A stretch of DNA of 64,000 nt from a virus: IMG/VR virus record IMGVR_UViG_3300045988_051379, positions 18,279-82,278 of that record, one strand, 5' to 3'. The notes below the pieces were generated by a model, which ran no database searches, had not been told where the DNA came from, and worked only from the letters and a program-made list of their open reading frames with translations. Below, in pieces: positions 36,768 to 45,745 of this stretch; positions within the stretch are counted from its first letter, which is position 1, and the number at the start of each line of letters is the position of its first letter. A program made the translations under genes and the position numbers.

Positions 36768-37835
36768 ATGATTAGTATTGTATTAGGAACATTCTTTGGA
36801 GACGAAGGTAAGGGACAGACAGTTCACAACTTATGTAACAAGTACATAGGTAAGCGAGAGTCTGTATTAGTAGTCAGGTTTAGTGGTGGACATCAAGTAG
36901 GACATACTGTAAAGCATGGAGACATGATGCACACCTTTAGTAACTTTGGCAGCGGAACCTTACTTGGAGTGCCGACGTATTGGTCCGAATACTGTACTGT
37001 AGACCCAATTACCTCTATGTTAGAGGGTGCAGACTTAGCTAAAATGGGAGTTCATCCCATTGTTCAGTATCACCCTCACTGCCAAGTTGTAATTCCCTTC
37101 GATGTCTATTCCCAAGTTAATAATGAAGAGAACTTACGACATGGTACTGTAGGTACAGGGTTTAAAGCTTGTTTGGACCGAGTTAAGGCAGGATACAGCT
37201 TAACAGTTGTAGATTGTATGAATCCTTACATACTACGTGAGAAATTAAATGCCATAGTGGATAACTATTACAACATGTCTAGTAAATATCCCTCGATAGA
37301 CCTAGACAACTGGTGTAGGTTAGCACATGCTTATTTCTTACATACAGGTACGGTTAATGAAGATTGCTTGTTAAACTATGACAACCTAGTGTTTGAAGGT
37401 TCACAGGGAATATTGCTTGACCAAAGATTCGGCATAATGCCTTATTGCACTCCGTCTAATACAACTTCACAAAACGCTTACGAGCTGTTGCGGAAAGCAG
37501 GCATACGTAAAGAAATCCAAACTTGTTATGTAACTCGTCCTTATATAACAAGGCATGGTAACGGCCCATTTCCTTCTGGAATGTCTGTTAGGGATGTCGA
37601 TGACCCTAATAATAAGTTCAACGATTTCCAGAAGACGCTTAGGGCTATTGATTTCGACAAAGACCTATTCGCACACAGTGTACGCATTAACCGTTCATTT
37701 AAAGTTCCTTATAGGAATGAACGAACGGAGAAATTGTACGTATCACATTGGGATGAAGCATCTGACGCAGAGCAAGAAATGCTAGCGAATTTATGGATGT
37801 CAATACAACCCATGATATTCGATAAGTTAGTTTAG
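36768..37835 (+). CDS. adenylosuccinate synthetase (PurA)-like enzyme, C-terminally short; candidate PurZ (2-aminoadenine pathway)
   Basis: GDEGKGQ P-loop, RFSGGHQVGHT, FEGSQGILLDQRFGIMPYCTPSNTT and HGNGPFP match the PurA motifs GDEGKGK / GGHNAGHT / FEGAQGTLLD-TYPYVTSSNTT / GAGPFP. Only 355 aa versus ~430 for cellular PurA. Confidence 0.55.
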   Translation: MISIVLGTFFGDEGKGQTVHNLCNKYIGKRESVLVVRFSGGHQVGHTVKHGDMMHTFSNFGSGTLLGVPTYWSEYCTVDPITSMLEGADLAKMGVHPIVQYHPHCQVVIPFDVYSQVNNEENLRHGTVGTGFKACLDRVKAGYSLTVVDCMNPYILREKLNAIVDNYYNMSSKYPSIDLDNWCRLAHAYFLHTGTVNEDCLLNYDNLVFEGSQGILLDQRFGIMPYCTPSNTTSQNAYELLRKAGIRKEIQTCYVTRPYITRHGNGPFPSGMSVRDVDDPNNKFNDFQKTLRAIDFDKDLFAHSVRINRSFKVPYRNERTEKLYVSHWDEASDAEQEMLANLWMSIQPMIFDKLV

Positions 37836-37855
37836 GAGTCTTCGGACTCCTTTTA
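37835..37855 (+). terminator. rho-independent terminator
   Basis: GGAGTC-TTCG-GACTCC followed by TTTTA immediately after the PurA-like stop. Confidence 0.6.
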
Positions 37856-37856
37856 C

Positions 37857-37928
37857 TGGGCTATGGTGTAGTGGTAGTCACACAAGGTTTTGGCTCTTGT
37901 AGCCCAGGTTCGAATCCTGGTAGCCCAA
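37857..37928 (+). tRNA. tRNA-Gln (TTG)
   Basis: Acceptor TGGGCTA/TAGCCCA (U1-A72 as in Gln tRNAs), anticodon arm CAAGG-TTTTGGC-TCTTG, T-arm CCAGG-TTCGAAT-CCTGG. Confidence 0.65.
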
Positions 37929-38024
37929 CTACTAATTATTTCAGTTTAAAATAGAATTTATCATGAAGTTACTAACAACACTACTCTTTGAGAACTGTTA
38001 ATTGTGAGTAAACATGGGCGTTCG

Positions 38025-38098
38025 GGGCCCGTATCTCAATCGGTTAGAGAAACTGACTCATAATCAGGAGGTTGTCGGTTCAAGTCCGGCCGGGCCCA
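38025..38098 (+). tRNA. tRNA-Met/Ile2 (CAT), elongator type
   Basis: Acceptor GGGCCCG/CGGGCCC, D-arm TCTC-AATCGGTTA-GAGA, anticodon loop CTCATAA, T-arm GTCGG-TTCAAGT-CCGGC. Confidence 0.7.
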
Positions 38099-38110
38099 CA
38101 CAGTTAATAG

Positions 38111-38383
38111 TTGAATCGAATGAGTAAGGTAGTAGGTAGCATTGACGGCTACGATGTCATTTATGTGGAGGGCAAGAATATGATATTCTGTAAGAATACT
38201 ATATTACCCTTTCCACTCATTAAAAGAATTATCAGAGGAGGTCTATGTAGGGAAACAATCGAAGAGAAGAACCTGACTATCACTCAAGACGGTTCTATTA
38301 TTCAACTTGGTTGTTTAACTACAACAAGAGAGAATTGTGAGGCAATCATTAAAGAAGTAAATAAGATTAATAAACCTAATTAA
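38111..38383 (+). CDS. hypothetical protein
   Basis: ORF in track. Confidence 0.35.
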   Translation: MNRMSKVVGSIDGYDVIYVEGKNMIFCKNTILPFPLIKRIIRGGLCRETIEEKNLTITQDGSIIQLGCLTTTRENCEAIIKEVNKINKPN

Positions 38384-38386
38384 GTA

Positions 38387-39844
38387 ATGGCAAAGAACAT
38401 TATTCCGCAAGGAACTACAGCTGCTATTAAGCAGAGAGTTAACAAGTACGAGGAAACTCAGAAACAGAGAATGATTGAAGTGCTCCAAAGCAACGTGAAG
38501 TATGCTGATGCTCTGGGATTCATCGAAGGTGAAATCAAACAGTCCAAGAAAATGGCAAGTTTCAAATACTCGCTGCTTTGTTGGAAACCGGACGGTGTAT
38601 ATCAGTTGAACAGAGCAATCAATGAAATCTTCGGTTCTGCCGTTAGTAAGGAGGATAACAGTCCTTCTGGAAACAGCAATATTGATACCGTAGACGTTGT
38701 TCTGGCAGACGGTTCTCGTACCAAGGTTCCGTTTGGTAAAATCAGTCTTGAAGAATTGGGAGAAGATTCTGAAATCAACATCAACTATGACAATGACCGT
38801 CATTTGCTCCTTATTAAAGGACAATGCCAGTTCAAATACCAGTCATTAATTGATGACATTGTTGACAGAACTAAAGAGCTATTGGCATCAGAATCTATCT
38901 ACAAAAACCAGGCTTTGGAAATCAGCAATCTGTCTGAACCTACTATCATGACACTTGCCGGCATTGAGAAACAATTCATGGTTCTTTCTAAGAAGACTGA
39001 ATTTGAATTGCAACCACTACGTTCAAGAATCTTGTATCCAGAGAAATGTCTGGCTAAAGGTATTCCATTGAAGTATGGTTGTTTGCTGGAAGGTAAATAT
39101 GGTACAGGTAAGACCTTGCTGGCATTTAAGCTGGCTAAAGATGCTGTAACAAACGGTTGGTCATTCGTATATTTGAAGAATCCTTCTCTTCTTGCAGAAA
39201 CTCTGCGCATGTGTAAAGTTGTTGACCGTTCGGGCCATGGTGTTGTCGTATTTGTTGAAGATATTGACCAAGTAACTAGAGGTAACAGAGATGCTGCTAT
39301 GCAAGACATCCTGAATACTCTGGACGGTGGTGATACCAAAGACATGAACGTAATCACCTTGTTCACTACTAATCACATTGAATTGATTGAACCTACCTTC
39401 TTAAGAGGTAAGAGAATTGGTTCTGTGATTACCATGGACTGTCTGGACGCTGAAACTGCGGAGAAATTCATCCGTTCTACCTTCACCGCTGAAGAAGGAT
39501 ATACAATCGACGATGATTTGAGTGAAGTATGTAACTACATTCAAGAAGCTGAAATTGCTCCGGCATTTATGGCTGAAATCGTTGAATCAACCAAATCCAA
39601 ACTTATCTTTACGGAAGAAACTCATGTAACATCGTTCCACATCAAAGCTAGCGTTGAATCTTATCAACGTCAACTTGGACTCGCATCCAAGAAAACTGTT
39701 GTGGAAACTCCGGCTGAAAGATTGGTAAATGCTCTCAAACTCGTTCTGGGTACAGAGAAGCTTGAAGCAATCACTCAGATGTGTGAGTATCAGTGGGACC
39801 TCGACCGTAAGGACTATTCTACGGAGAAGAAGGACAACAAATAA
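38387..39844 (+). CDS. classic AAA+ ATPase with unknown 230-aa N-terminal domain
   Basis: Walker A GKYGTGKT, Walker B VVVFVEDID, sensor-1 TTNHIE and arginine finger region FLRGKR; GC-shifted codon usage. Confidence 0.6.
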   Translation: MAKNIIPQGTTAAIKQRVNKYEETQKQRMIEVLQSNVKYADALGFIEGEIKQSKKMASFKYSLLCWKPDGVYQLNRAINEIFGSAVSKEDNSPSGNSNIDTVDVVLADGSRTKVPFGKISLEELGEDSEININYDNDRHLLLIKGQCQFKYQSLIDDIVDRTKELLASESIYKNQALEISNLSEPTIMTLAGIEKQFMVLSKKTEFELQPLRSRILYPEKCLAKGIPLKYGCLLEGKYGTGKTLLAFKLAKDAVTNGWSFVYLKNPSLLAETLRMCKVVDRSGHGVVVFVEDIDQVTRGNRDAAMQDILNTLDGGDTKDMNVITLFTTNHIELIEPTFLRGKRIGSVITMDCLDAETAEKFIRSTFTAEEGYTIDDDLSEVCNYIQEAEIAPAFMAEIVESTKSKLIFTEETHVTSFHIKASVESYQRQLGLASKKTVVETPAERLVNALKLVLGTEKLEAITQMCEYQWDLDRKDYSTEKKDNK

Positions 39845-39848
39845 ACCT

Positions 39849-39880
39849 TGGAGGGCGGGAGTAATCTCGCTCTCCTTTTA
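39849..39880 (+). terminator. imperfect hairpin plus T-run
   Basis: GGAGGGCGGGAG-TAAT-CTCGCTCTCC followed by TTTTATT. Confidence 0.45.
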
Positions 39881-39891
39881 TTAACAACTAA

Positions 39892-40110
39892 ATGAAACAT
39901 TTATTGATATTCCTATTAGTCTTATTAATGTCTGCAACTAAGGTGGATAACACACCTAGAGACTTTCATGTAAGTATAGTAGGAGAAGAGAAAGTAGAAC
40001 AATTTGAATCCAAATTCCCTCAAATAGTTAAGGACGAAGCCGTGTATATTGCATATCTTCAGCGATACTATAGAGGACATGAAGATGAATTTATCAATTT
40101 GATGAAGTAA
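39892..40110 (+). CDS. small secreted protein (signal-peptide-like N-terminus)
   Basis: 72 aa with MKHLLIFLLVLLMSA N-terminus. Confidence 0.35.
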   Translation: MKHLLIFLLVLLMSATKVDNTPRDFHVSIVGEEKVEQFESKFPQIVKDEAVYIAYLQRYYRGHEDEFINLMK

Positions 40111-40114
40111 CAAT

Positions 40115-40196
40115 GGGGTAGTGGCGTAACGGTAGCCGCGTTGGTCTTAGGAACCAATGAGCTAAGCTCGTGTGAGTTCGAGTCTCACCTACCCTA
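40115..40196 (+). tRNA. tRNA-Leu (TAG), type II
   Basis: Anticodon arm TTGGT-CTTAGGA-ACCAA, variable arm GAGC-TAA-GCTC, T-arm GTGAG-TTCGAGT-CTCAC. Confidence 0.75.
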
Positions 40197-40375
40197 CTAG
40201 ATTATTAACTATTAAATGTATTTAATTATGGTAGAAACTTTAAGTGAGCTGCTTGAAAATGCAGCTAACGTAGCAGAGGACAACGGTGGTAAGCTTTCAA
40301 TAGCAAGCGCAGCAGTATTAATTGCTGAAGCTTACGAGTTAGGAATGGATAAAGCAACTAAATTACTGACAGAGG

Positions 40376-40834
40376 ATGCCAACAATTGTTGATATGAGAC
40401 CGTCAACTAACACTTTCAGACATGCAACTTTGATAGTAATATGGCTGGTGGTGTGCTTAGTAGGACTAGGAGGATGTAAATCTAACTTAGTTAAAGAAAC
40501 CTGTACTGATAGACCCGTGTGGACTACAGTAGTTGCTAAGGACTGTTATACAGAAACAATTAATCAGCAGACGCATACTGTATATAAGCTTACACTAATA
40601 GCCGACGGTAGGGACAATCAGTTCAAACTACGTGTAGACAAACCAACCTATGATAGAGCTTTTATTAATAACAAGCCTAATAGGCTTAGCTTTAATCTTA
40701 ATAGAAGTGATTATGGGACTGGTTGGGAGCCATTAATTGTTGCATTGTATTTCCTTATGCTTGTTGGTGGGCTAGCATGTGTGATAATTGAAGGTATAAA
40801 ATACATGATTGATATTAAAGAACATTTATCATAG
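40376..40834 (+). CDS. membrane protein (N- and C-terminal TM helices)
   Basis: ORF in track. Confidence 0.35.
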   Translation: MPTIVDMRPSTNTFRHATLIVIWLVVCLVGLGGCKSNLVKETCTDRPVWTTVVAKDCYTETINQQTHTVYKLTLIADGRDNQFKLRVDKPTYDRAFINNKPNRLSFNLNRSDYGTGWEPLIVALYFLMLVGGLACVIIEGIKYMIDIKEHLS

Positions 40835-41660
40835 TATGGAGAAATTGAGTGCAGATGCGTTACGTTTAGCCTTAGTAACAGCATCTATGGAGTACTATAA
40901 GAAGTACGTAGAAGGCAATCAAGACTTTGACAATTCCGAGCAAATCAAAGAAGAGCTTGGTAAGTTAGAAGCAGCAGGTCTGGGCGGAACTAAGAATGCA
41001 GATACCCTTAGGACTATTCTCGAGTCTAAGAAGTATAAGTCAGCTTTAGGTCCAGAGAAATTAGACCTGAAGAAGGTTAACGAAATAACATCCTGGATTA
41101 AAGAATCGTATCCTGATGCACTGGTTGTAACTTACGAGGATTTCTTTGCAATCCTGAAGAAGTACAATTTGTATTGTGGTCCAATATCGACCTTCAGCGG
41201 ATTCATTCCAAGTGAGAATGTGTCACAAATAGCAAAGGCTTCTAACGCTTTGAACTCTTTAAATCTTAACTACGTCAGTTGGGTTGAAGCTGCGAGAATA
41301 GATTCAAGAATGTCTAAGGACATGACCAAACGGCTTGTTGAGTATTTCTCTAGATTCCCATTTGTATTCAAAGGTATTGACCGTGGTTATCAGTACATGA
41401 GGTCTATAGGTGGAAGTTATAAGGAGGAAGATTACCTACATCTTGGCACCTCATATTTAGACCATAACACTTGGCTAATTGCAGCGCCTTATGATACTAT
41501 GGAGAATAATATTCGCATAGAAATCTTCTCTAAAGCTGAAGAAGACCGTAAAAGAAGGTTAGAAGACCCAATAGTATTTAGGGCTACCAAAGTAGGTATT
41601 GTTATCGTGTCTATGTGGGGAGAAGAAGCATCAGACAGCATGTTCGATAAATACCGATAA
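40809..41660 (+). CDS. paralogous-family protein, member 1 (unknown function)
   Basis: Shares EDFxxxxKKYxLxxGxxSxxxGxIPxENxxxI and the C-terminal IVSMWGEEASD...F motif with the genes at 46729 and 49612. Confidence 0.45.
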   Translation: MILKNIYHSMEKLSADALRLALVTASMEYYKKYVEGNQDFDNSEQIKEELGKLEAAGLGGTKNADTLRTILESKKYKSALGPEKLDLKKVNEITSWIKESYPDALVVTYEDFFAILKKYNLYCGPISTFSGFIPSENVSQIAKASNALNSLNLNYVSWVEAARIDSRMSKDMTKRLVEYFSRFPFVFKGIDRGYQYMRSIGGSYKEEDYLHLGTSYLDHNTWLIAAPYDTMENNIRIEIFSKAEEDRKRRLEDPIVFRATKVGIVIVSMWGEEASDSMFDKYR

Positions 41661-41841
41661 ACATGTAATCCACCACTTAAATGTGAGCAGGTGTAGAAAT
41701 GACTATAGGGCTATTTCGGTTTAGCAGACGTGCTATTCCATAGATTAGCTGACGTCAATAATTGGTAAGGCAGCTCACAGCCCTGCCAGGCGGATTATTC
41801 ATATATAAGAACATAAGGAGACAAAGCCAGACTAGCCGGCA

Positions 41842-42309
41842 GTGAAGCAAACGGGCATCAGCATAGTTAAACGAAGAAGTATAAATGCTAACGAAACCTT
41901 TAACAAGGGTAAGAAGTTAGTAACTAGAACCTGTTTGAATTGCGGTAAAGAATTAAGCAATCATAACAGTACTACTAAGTACTGTAACAACGTATGTCAA
42001 GCCGAGTACGAACATAAAGAGTACATTAGAAGATGGAAGGAAGGTAAAGAAACTGGTATGTGTGGAACTCGTTCCATTTCTAAACACATTAGGGATTATC
42101 TCATGGATAAACATGAGCGTAAGTGCCAAGTTTGTGGGTGGGATAAGATTCACCCGATTACAGGAGAACCTCCACTTCATGTTCACCACATAGATGGTGA
42201 TGCTACCAACAACTCAGAAGACAATCTACAGTTACTGTGTCCAAATTGTCACAGCTTAACTGAGAATTACGGACGATTAAATGCTAAAAGCACACGTCCA
42301 AAGAAATAA
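41842..42309 (+). CDS. HNH endonuclease (free-standing, homing-endonuclease-like)
   Basis: CLNCGK...HVHHIDGD...NLQLLCPNCH HNH/Zn-finger motifs. Confidence 0.6.
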   Translation: MKQTGISIVKRRSINANETFNKGKKLVTRTCLNCGKELSNHNSTTKYCNNVCQAEYEHKEYIRRWKEGKETGMCGTRSISKHIRDYLMDKHERKCQVCGWDKIHPITGEPPLHVHHIDGDATNNSEDNLQLLCPNCHSLTENYGRLNAKSTRPKK

Positions 42310-42369
42310 TCGCAAGGTTGGGTGTTCGAGTCACCTTCTCGCTACGTTATTAATTAATACTTAAAGATT

Positions 42370-42765
42370 ATGTTTGTAAAATTTGTAAAAGATGATAAGA
42401 CAATAGAGGAAGTATCAATCTCATCAGAGATGATTCCATTTCCTACTGATATAGTAGTGTTAAAAGCTGGTAAATTCACCGTAGAATCTAGAGAATATGA
42501 TATACTTGATGGAACTTGTACAGTTATATTAGACCAACAAATTACCTGGACAGAACATCCTCAAGAGTATAGTGATGCAATGCTTGCATACAGGAAGCGT
42601 TGGAATAATACAATTGATTTGTCATGTGAAGACTTCTTTAAGATGAAACAGTTTGTACAGACTGGTTCCAAACTGCAAGCAGTTAAGCATGTAAAAGAAT
42701 CTGCTAAATGTGGTTTAAAAGAAGCTAAGGATTTTGTTGACACTTATTGCGATTACGTATTATGA
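42370..42765 (+). CDS. protein with ribosomal L7/L12 C-terminal-domain-like segment
   Basis: KLQAVKHVKESAKCGLKEAKDFVD resembles the L7/L12 CTD kI-aIKaVRe-TGLGLKEAKDlVd. Confidence 0.35.
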   Translation: MFVKFVKDDKTIEEVSISSEMIPFPTDIVVLKAGKFTVESREYDILDGTCTVILDQQITWTEHPQEYSDAMLAYRKRWNNTIDLSCEDFFKMKQFVQTGSKLQAVKHVKESAKCGLKEAKDFVDTYCDYVL

Positions 42766-42999
42766 GGTGGTTGTATCATATCCTAATTAATTGGATAGAC
42801 TTAGTAAGAGATTGATATGGAAACAGCATTAATGATTACTGTAGTCATTGCATTTGTGGCTGCATTAATAGCTATGTTACTAACTATATGGGATTGTGAC
42901 TTTAAATGGGTTAAGATATTCTTAAGTATAGCTGCTATAAGTACTATAGGAATGATAATTGTAGTTACAATCAAGGTCATGATGTCAGTATAAGGGTAT

Positions 43000-43085
43000 G
43001 GCTTGATGGCGAAATTGGTAGACGCCCCAGATTTAAGCTCTGGTGTCCAGAAATGGACGTGTGGGTTCGAATCCCACTCAAGCTA
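43000..43085 (+). tRNA. tRNA-Leu (TAA), type II
   Basis: Anticodon arm CCAGA-TTTAAGC-TCTGG, variable arm GTCC-AGAAAT-GGAC, T-arm GTGGG-TTCGAAT-CCCAC. Confidence 0.75.
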
Positions 43086-43288
43086 CTAATAATTAAAGGA
43101 AGGAGGATTTATGAAAGAACTATTAGAACAGCTAAAAGAACAGTTTGCAGGAAATGAAATTATGACTGCTGTTACTGATACAGTAGAGAAGGCATATAAA
43201 ATTGGATATTCTGAAGGTTTTGCTGCTGGTGAAGAAGCAATGAAGAATCTAATTGACAAGTTAACATCACCTACAATATCTAATTAAT

Positions 43289-43780
43289 ATGACTATAGAA
43301 GAGTTCCTGCGCAAAATAGTTGAGATTGATTTAACTCAAGCTCAACATGTATTCCATGATTGGGATGCTGCTCTGGAGAGTTATGCTATTAGGTACAAGA
43401 AACACGGTTCACCCAATGTAGTTAGGTTATTAAAGATTGCCAACTCATTGGGTGAACTTGTTGATTTATATAGGGGAGTAGTGCTAAGAAGATATCCAAT
43501 GACTATAGCTTCGTTGAATGGTAAAACTGCCAGATATAATGAGTTGATATCTTACTATAACTACAAAAATGGGCAAGAACTAACCTTGTTTGAAAGAATA
43601 AGTAATGGTTCTACCATGGAAGAGAGATTAAACTTTGTATATCTAATGTCTAAAGCCGATGCATTACAAGGAGAAACTACTGACCGAAGGAAAATCCTTC
43701 AGAACCTCAGAGAAGGGAAACTCTATGACTCCTCTAATCAAATCTGGCCAAGAGCATGTCTTGAGTCCTATAAATCTTAG
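43289..43780 (+). CDS. hypothetical protein
   Basis: ORF in track; overlaps the next ORF in another frame. Confidence 0.35.
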   Translation: MTIEEFLRKIVEIDLTQAQHVFHDWDAALESYAIRYKKHGSPNVVRLLKIANSLGELVDLYRGVVLRRYPMTIASLNGKTARYNELISYYNYKNGQELTLFERISNGSTMEERLNFVYLMSKADALQGETTDRRKILQNLREGKLYDSSNQIWPRACLESYKS

Positions 43781-43925
43781 CGATGTAGGTGATATAGTAT
43801 TCTGCAAAGTTAAAGGTAGATACTATACTCACTTAGTCAAAGCTAAGGGAGACAGAGGAGTTCTTATAGGTAACAATCATGGGTGGACCAAATCCGTATT
43901 TGGTAAAGTAACTAAAATACTATAA
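43659..43925 (+). CDS. S24 (LexA/UmuD-like) peptidase-fold small protein
   Basis: GNSMTPLIKSGQ...VGDIVFCKVKGRYYTHLVKAKG...VLIGNN resembles the S24 G-SM-P-I-GD...G-IvvA segment. Confidence 0.35.
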   Translation: MHYKEKLLTEGKSFRTSEKGNSMTPLIKSGQEHVLSPINLSDVGDIVFCKVKGRYYTHLVKAKGDRGVLIGNNHGWTKSVFGKVTKIL

Positions 43926-43926
43926 C

Positions 43927-45111
43927 ATGAGTGAACGAAGACTTAAACTTGGTCATAGGAAAGAGTATAAACGTAAAAGCAAGCATACTCGTAATCCAAG
44001 TTACTATCCTAGACACCTTACTAAAGTGACGCTAGCTGATTTTGATGCTGATTTCAATTTGAGAGTGTCTAAAGAAGTAGCAGCGCAGAGAGGATATGGT
44101 AGAAAGGTATTAGACAAAAGTTGTCATATAGCTTGGGACCACGGTTATGGATACGTTAAAGAGTCTAGGATTGTGAAATTCATAGCCAAGTATGTAGGTA
44201 AGCCTTATAAAGAGCTAGCCAAAGCCTGGAATGAGTGGATTAAGCCAATTAAGAATACTGACAAAACTGAATACCTAGACGACTACTTCACCGATTATAG
44301 ATGGAGACAAGCTTTCTTTAGAGTTGATGATAATGGATTAGTACAATCTGTTGAACAGACTCCTAAGGGTCGTCGATATAACATTAGCACCAAGCAATGG
44401 AAGGAGAACAGGAATCATGCTTTGCCCAAGTTTGGTAAGATTGCTAAACCTCATAAAGCAGCAGACTATTATGATTACTGTTATGGATTTGCCAATTCTA
44501 ATCCTGACTCCAATGGAACAGACTCTAACTTTTATAGACCGAGGTTGCTAGGTCATTATTGGTGTATGGTTAATGGTACTCCAGTTGAGTTGCCAGTATA
44601 TCATGTACGTGATGCTCGTGACTATATAAGGTGGTGGTTAGACGGCAAGCAGGGTAGAATTCCTGGGACTAGAGAAGTAGTTAAAGTCGATACGTACCAG
44701 CAACTCTTTAGACCTGGAACTCATGCTTATGAACAAGCTGTTAAGTTTGATAACAACTGGGTTTATCTTCCGATTCCATGTAGCAAAGGAGGTTATATAG
44801 GTGAAACATCTAAGCATTTTATGCATTTAGAGACGGAGCAGATTCCTAATCCTAGATATGCAGAAATTCAAAGTAGCTTAGATGCTCTTACTAAGAGTGT
44901 AGAAGCAGGCATAACTGTTACATTCAGTGACGGAGTAACTCCTGTACCTATGGAGTATCTTACTAACGAAATTAACAATGCTCACTACCGTCTCTCCATG
45001 ACTTCTAGGTATATAACAGTTAATCACGGCTACGGACAGTTATATCCATTAGTAAAACGAATTGATTATGAAAGAACTATTCAAGAAATGGCTAGAGAAG
45101 CGAGCATGTAG
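43927..45111 (+). CDS. hypothetical protein with basic N-terminus
   Basis: 394-aa ORF; no motif. Confidence 0.4.
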   Translation: MSERRLKLGHRKEYKRKSKHTRNPSYYPRHLTKVTLADFDADFNLRVSKEVAAQRGYGRKVLDKSCHIAWDHGYGYVKESRIVKFIAKYVGKPYKELAKAWNEWIKPIKNTDKTEYLDDYFTDYRWRQAFFRVDDNGLVQSVEQTPKGRRYNISTKQWKENRNHALPKFGKIAKPHKAADYYDYCYGFANSNPDSNGTDSNFYRPRLLGHYWCMVNGTPVELPVYHVRDARDYIRWWLDGKQGRIPGTREVVKVDTYQQLFRPGTHAYEQAVKFDNNWVYLPIPCSKGGYIGETSKHFMHLETEQIPNPRYAEIQSSLDALTKSVEAGITVTFSDGVTPVPMEYLTNEINNAHYRLSMTSRYITVNHGYGQLYPLVKRIDYERTIQEMAREASM

Positions 45112-45334
45112 GCATGAATGGAGTATAATAGCTAAGACTAGCTATACTGACTGTAACAGATATCTGTTAGTATGCCTTAAGTGTGGTAAGCTTAAAAGGA
45201 AACGAGTATAGACCAGGCTGGAATCTGGGTTAAATAAAGTCCAGCGATGACAACTAAAGCAGAGTTGAGCGTATGTAATAAGACGTGCAGTTTAGCGCTG
45301 ACTGTGGGGTGGTTGCAGAACACCTCTTTAGGAA

Positions 45335-45362
45335 TGACTATTAGTGTTTGACTATTAGTATT
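45335..45362 (+). repeat. tandem direct repeat TGACTATTAGT(G/A)TT x2
   Basis: Two adjacent 14-nt copies directly upstream of a tRNA-like gene. Confidence 0.5.
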
Positions 45363-45378
45363 CTAACCACTGCTCCAT

Positions 45379-45461
45379 GCGGTTGTAGTGTAAAGGAGGG
45401 CACATCACTAATTTTAGTATGCGCACAAGTGATAGATTGGGTTCGATTCCCGACAGCCGCT
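45379..45461 (+). tRNA. tRNA-like element, 83 nt, anticodon unresolved
   Basis: Acceptor GCGGTTG/CAGCCGC and T-arm TTGGG-TTCGATT-CCCGA are clear; no canonical 5-7-5 anticodon arm found. Confidence 0.35.
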
Positions 45462-45493
45462 CACCCTGAACCCTGTAATTCTAATCCTATAAG

Positions 45494-45745
45494 ATGTTTG
45501 GAAAGAAACAATCAGCCGAACCGGCTAAAGTAACAAGTACCTCACTAGCCGAAGAATCAGCTAAGATTATTGATGTATTTGAGAAAGCTGTTACCAATCT
45601 TAAAGAGGTAGCATCTAAAGCTCAAGCAGAGAAAGAGGTTAGAGAACAAGAGATTATCGAATTACAAACTGAAGCTGCAAACCTTGAAGCAGTTTCTAAC
45701 AAAGCAACAGCCATGGCCGAGAAGATTGGTGGGTTGCTATCATAA
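45494..45745 (+). CDS. hypothetical coiled-coil protein
   Basis: ORF in track. Confidence 0.3.
   Translation: MFGKKQSAEPAKVTSTSLAEESAKIIDVFEKAVTNLKEVASKAQAEKEVREQEIIELQTEAANLEAVSNKATAMAEKIGGLLS

Noticed and set aside
41661-42369. Group I intron carrying the HNH ORF
   Set aside because: Flanking ORFs (40809..41660 and 42370..42765) appear complete with their own starts and stops. No interrupted host gene is evident.
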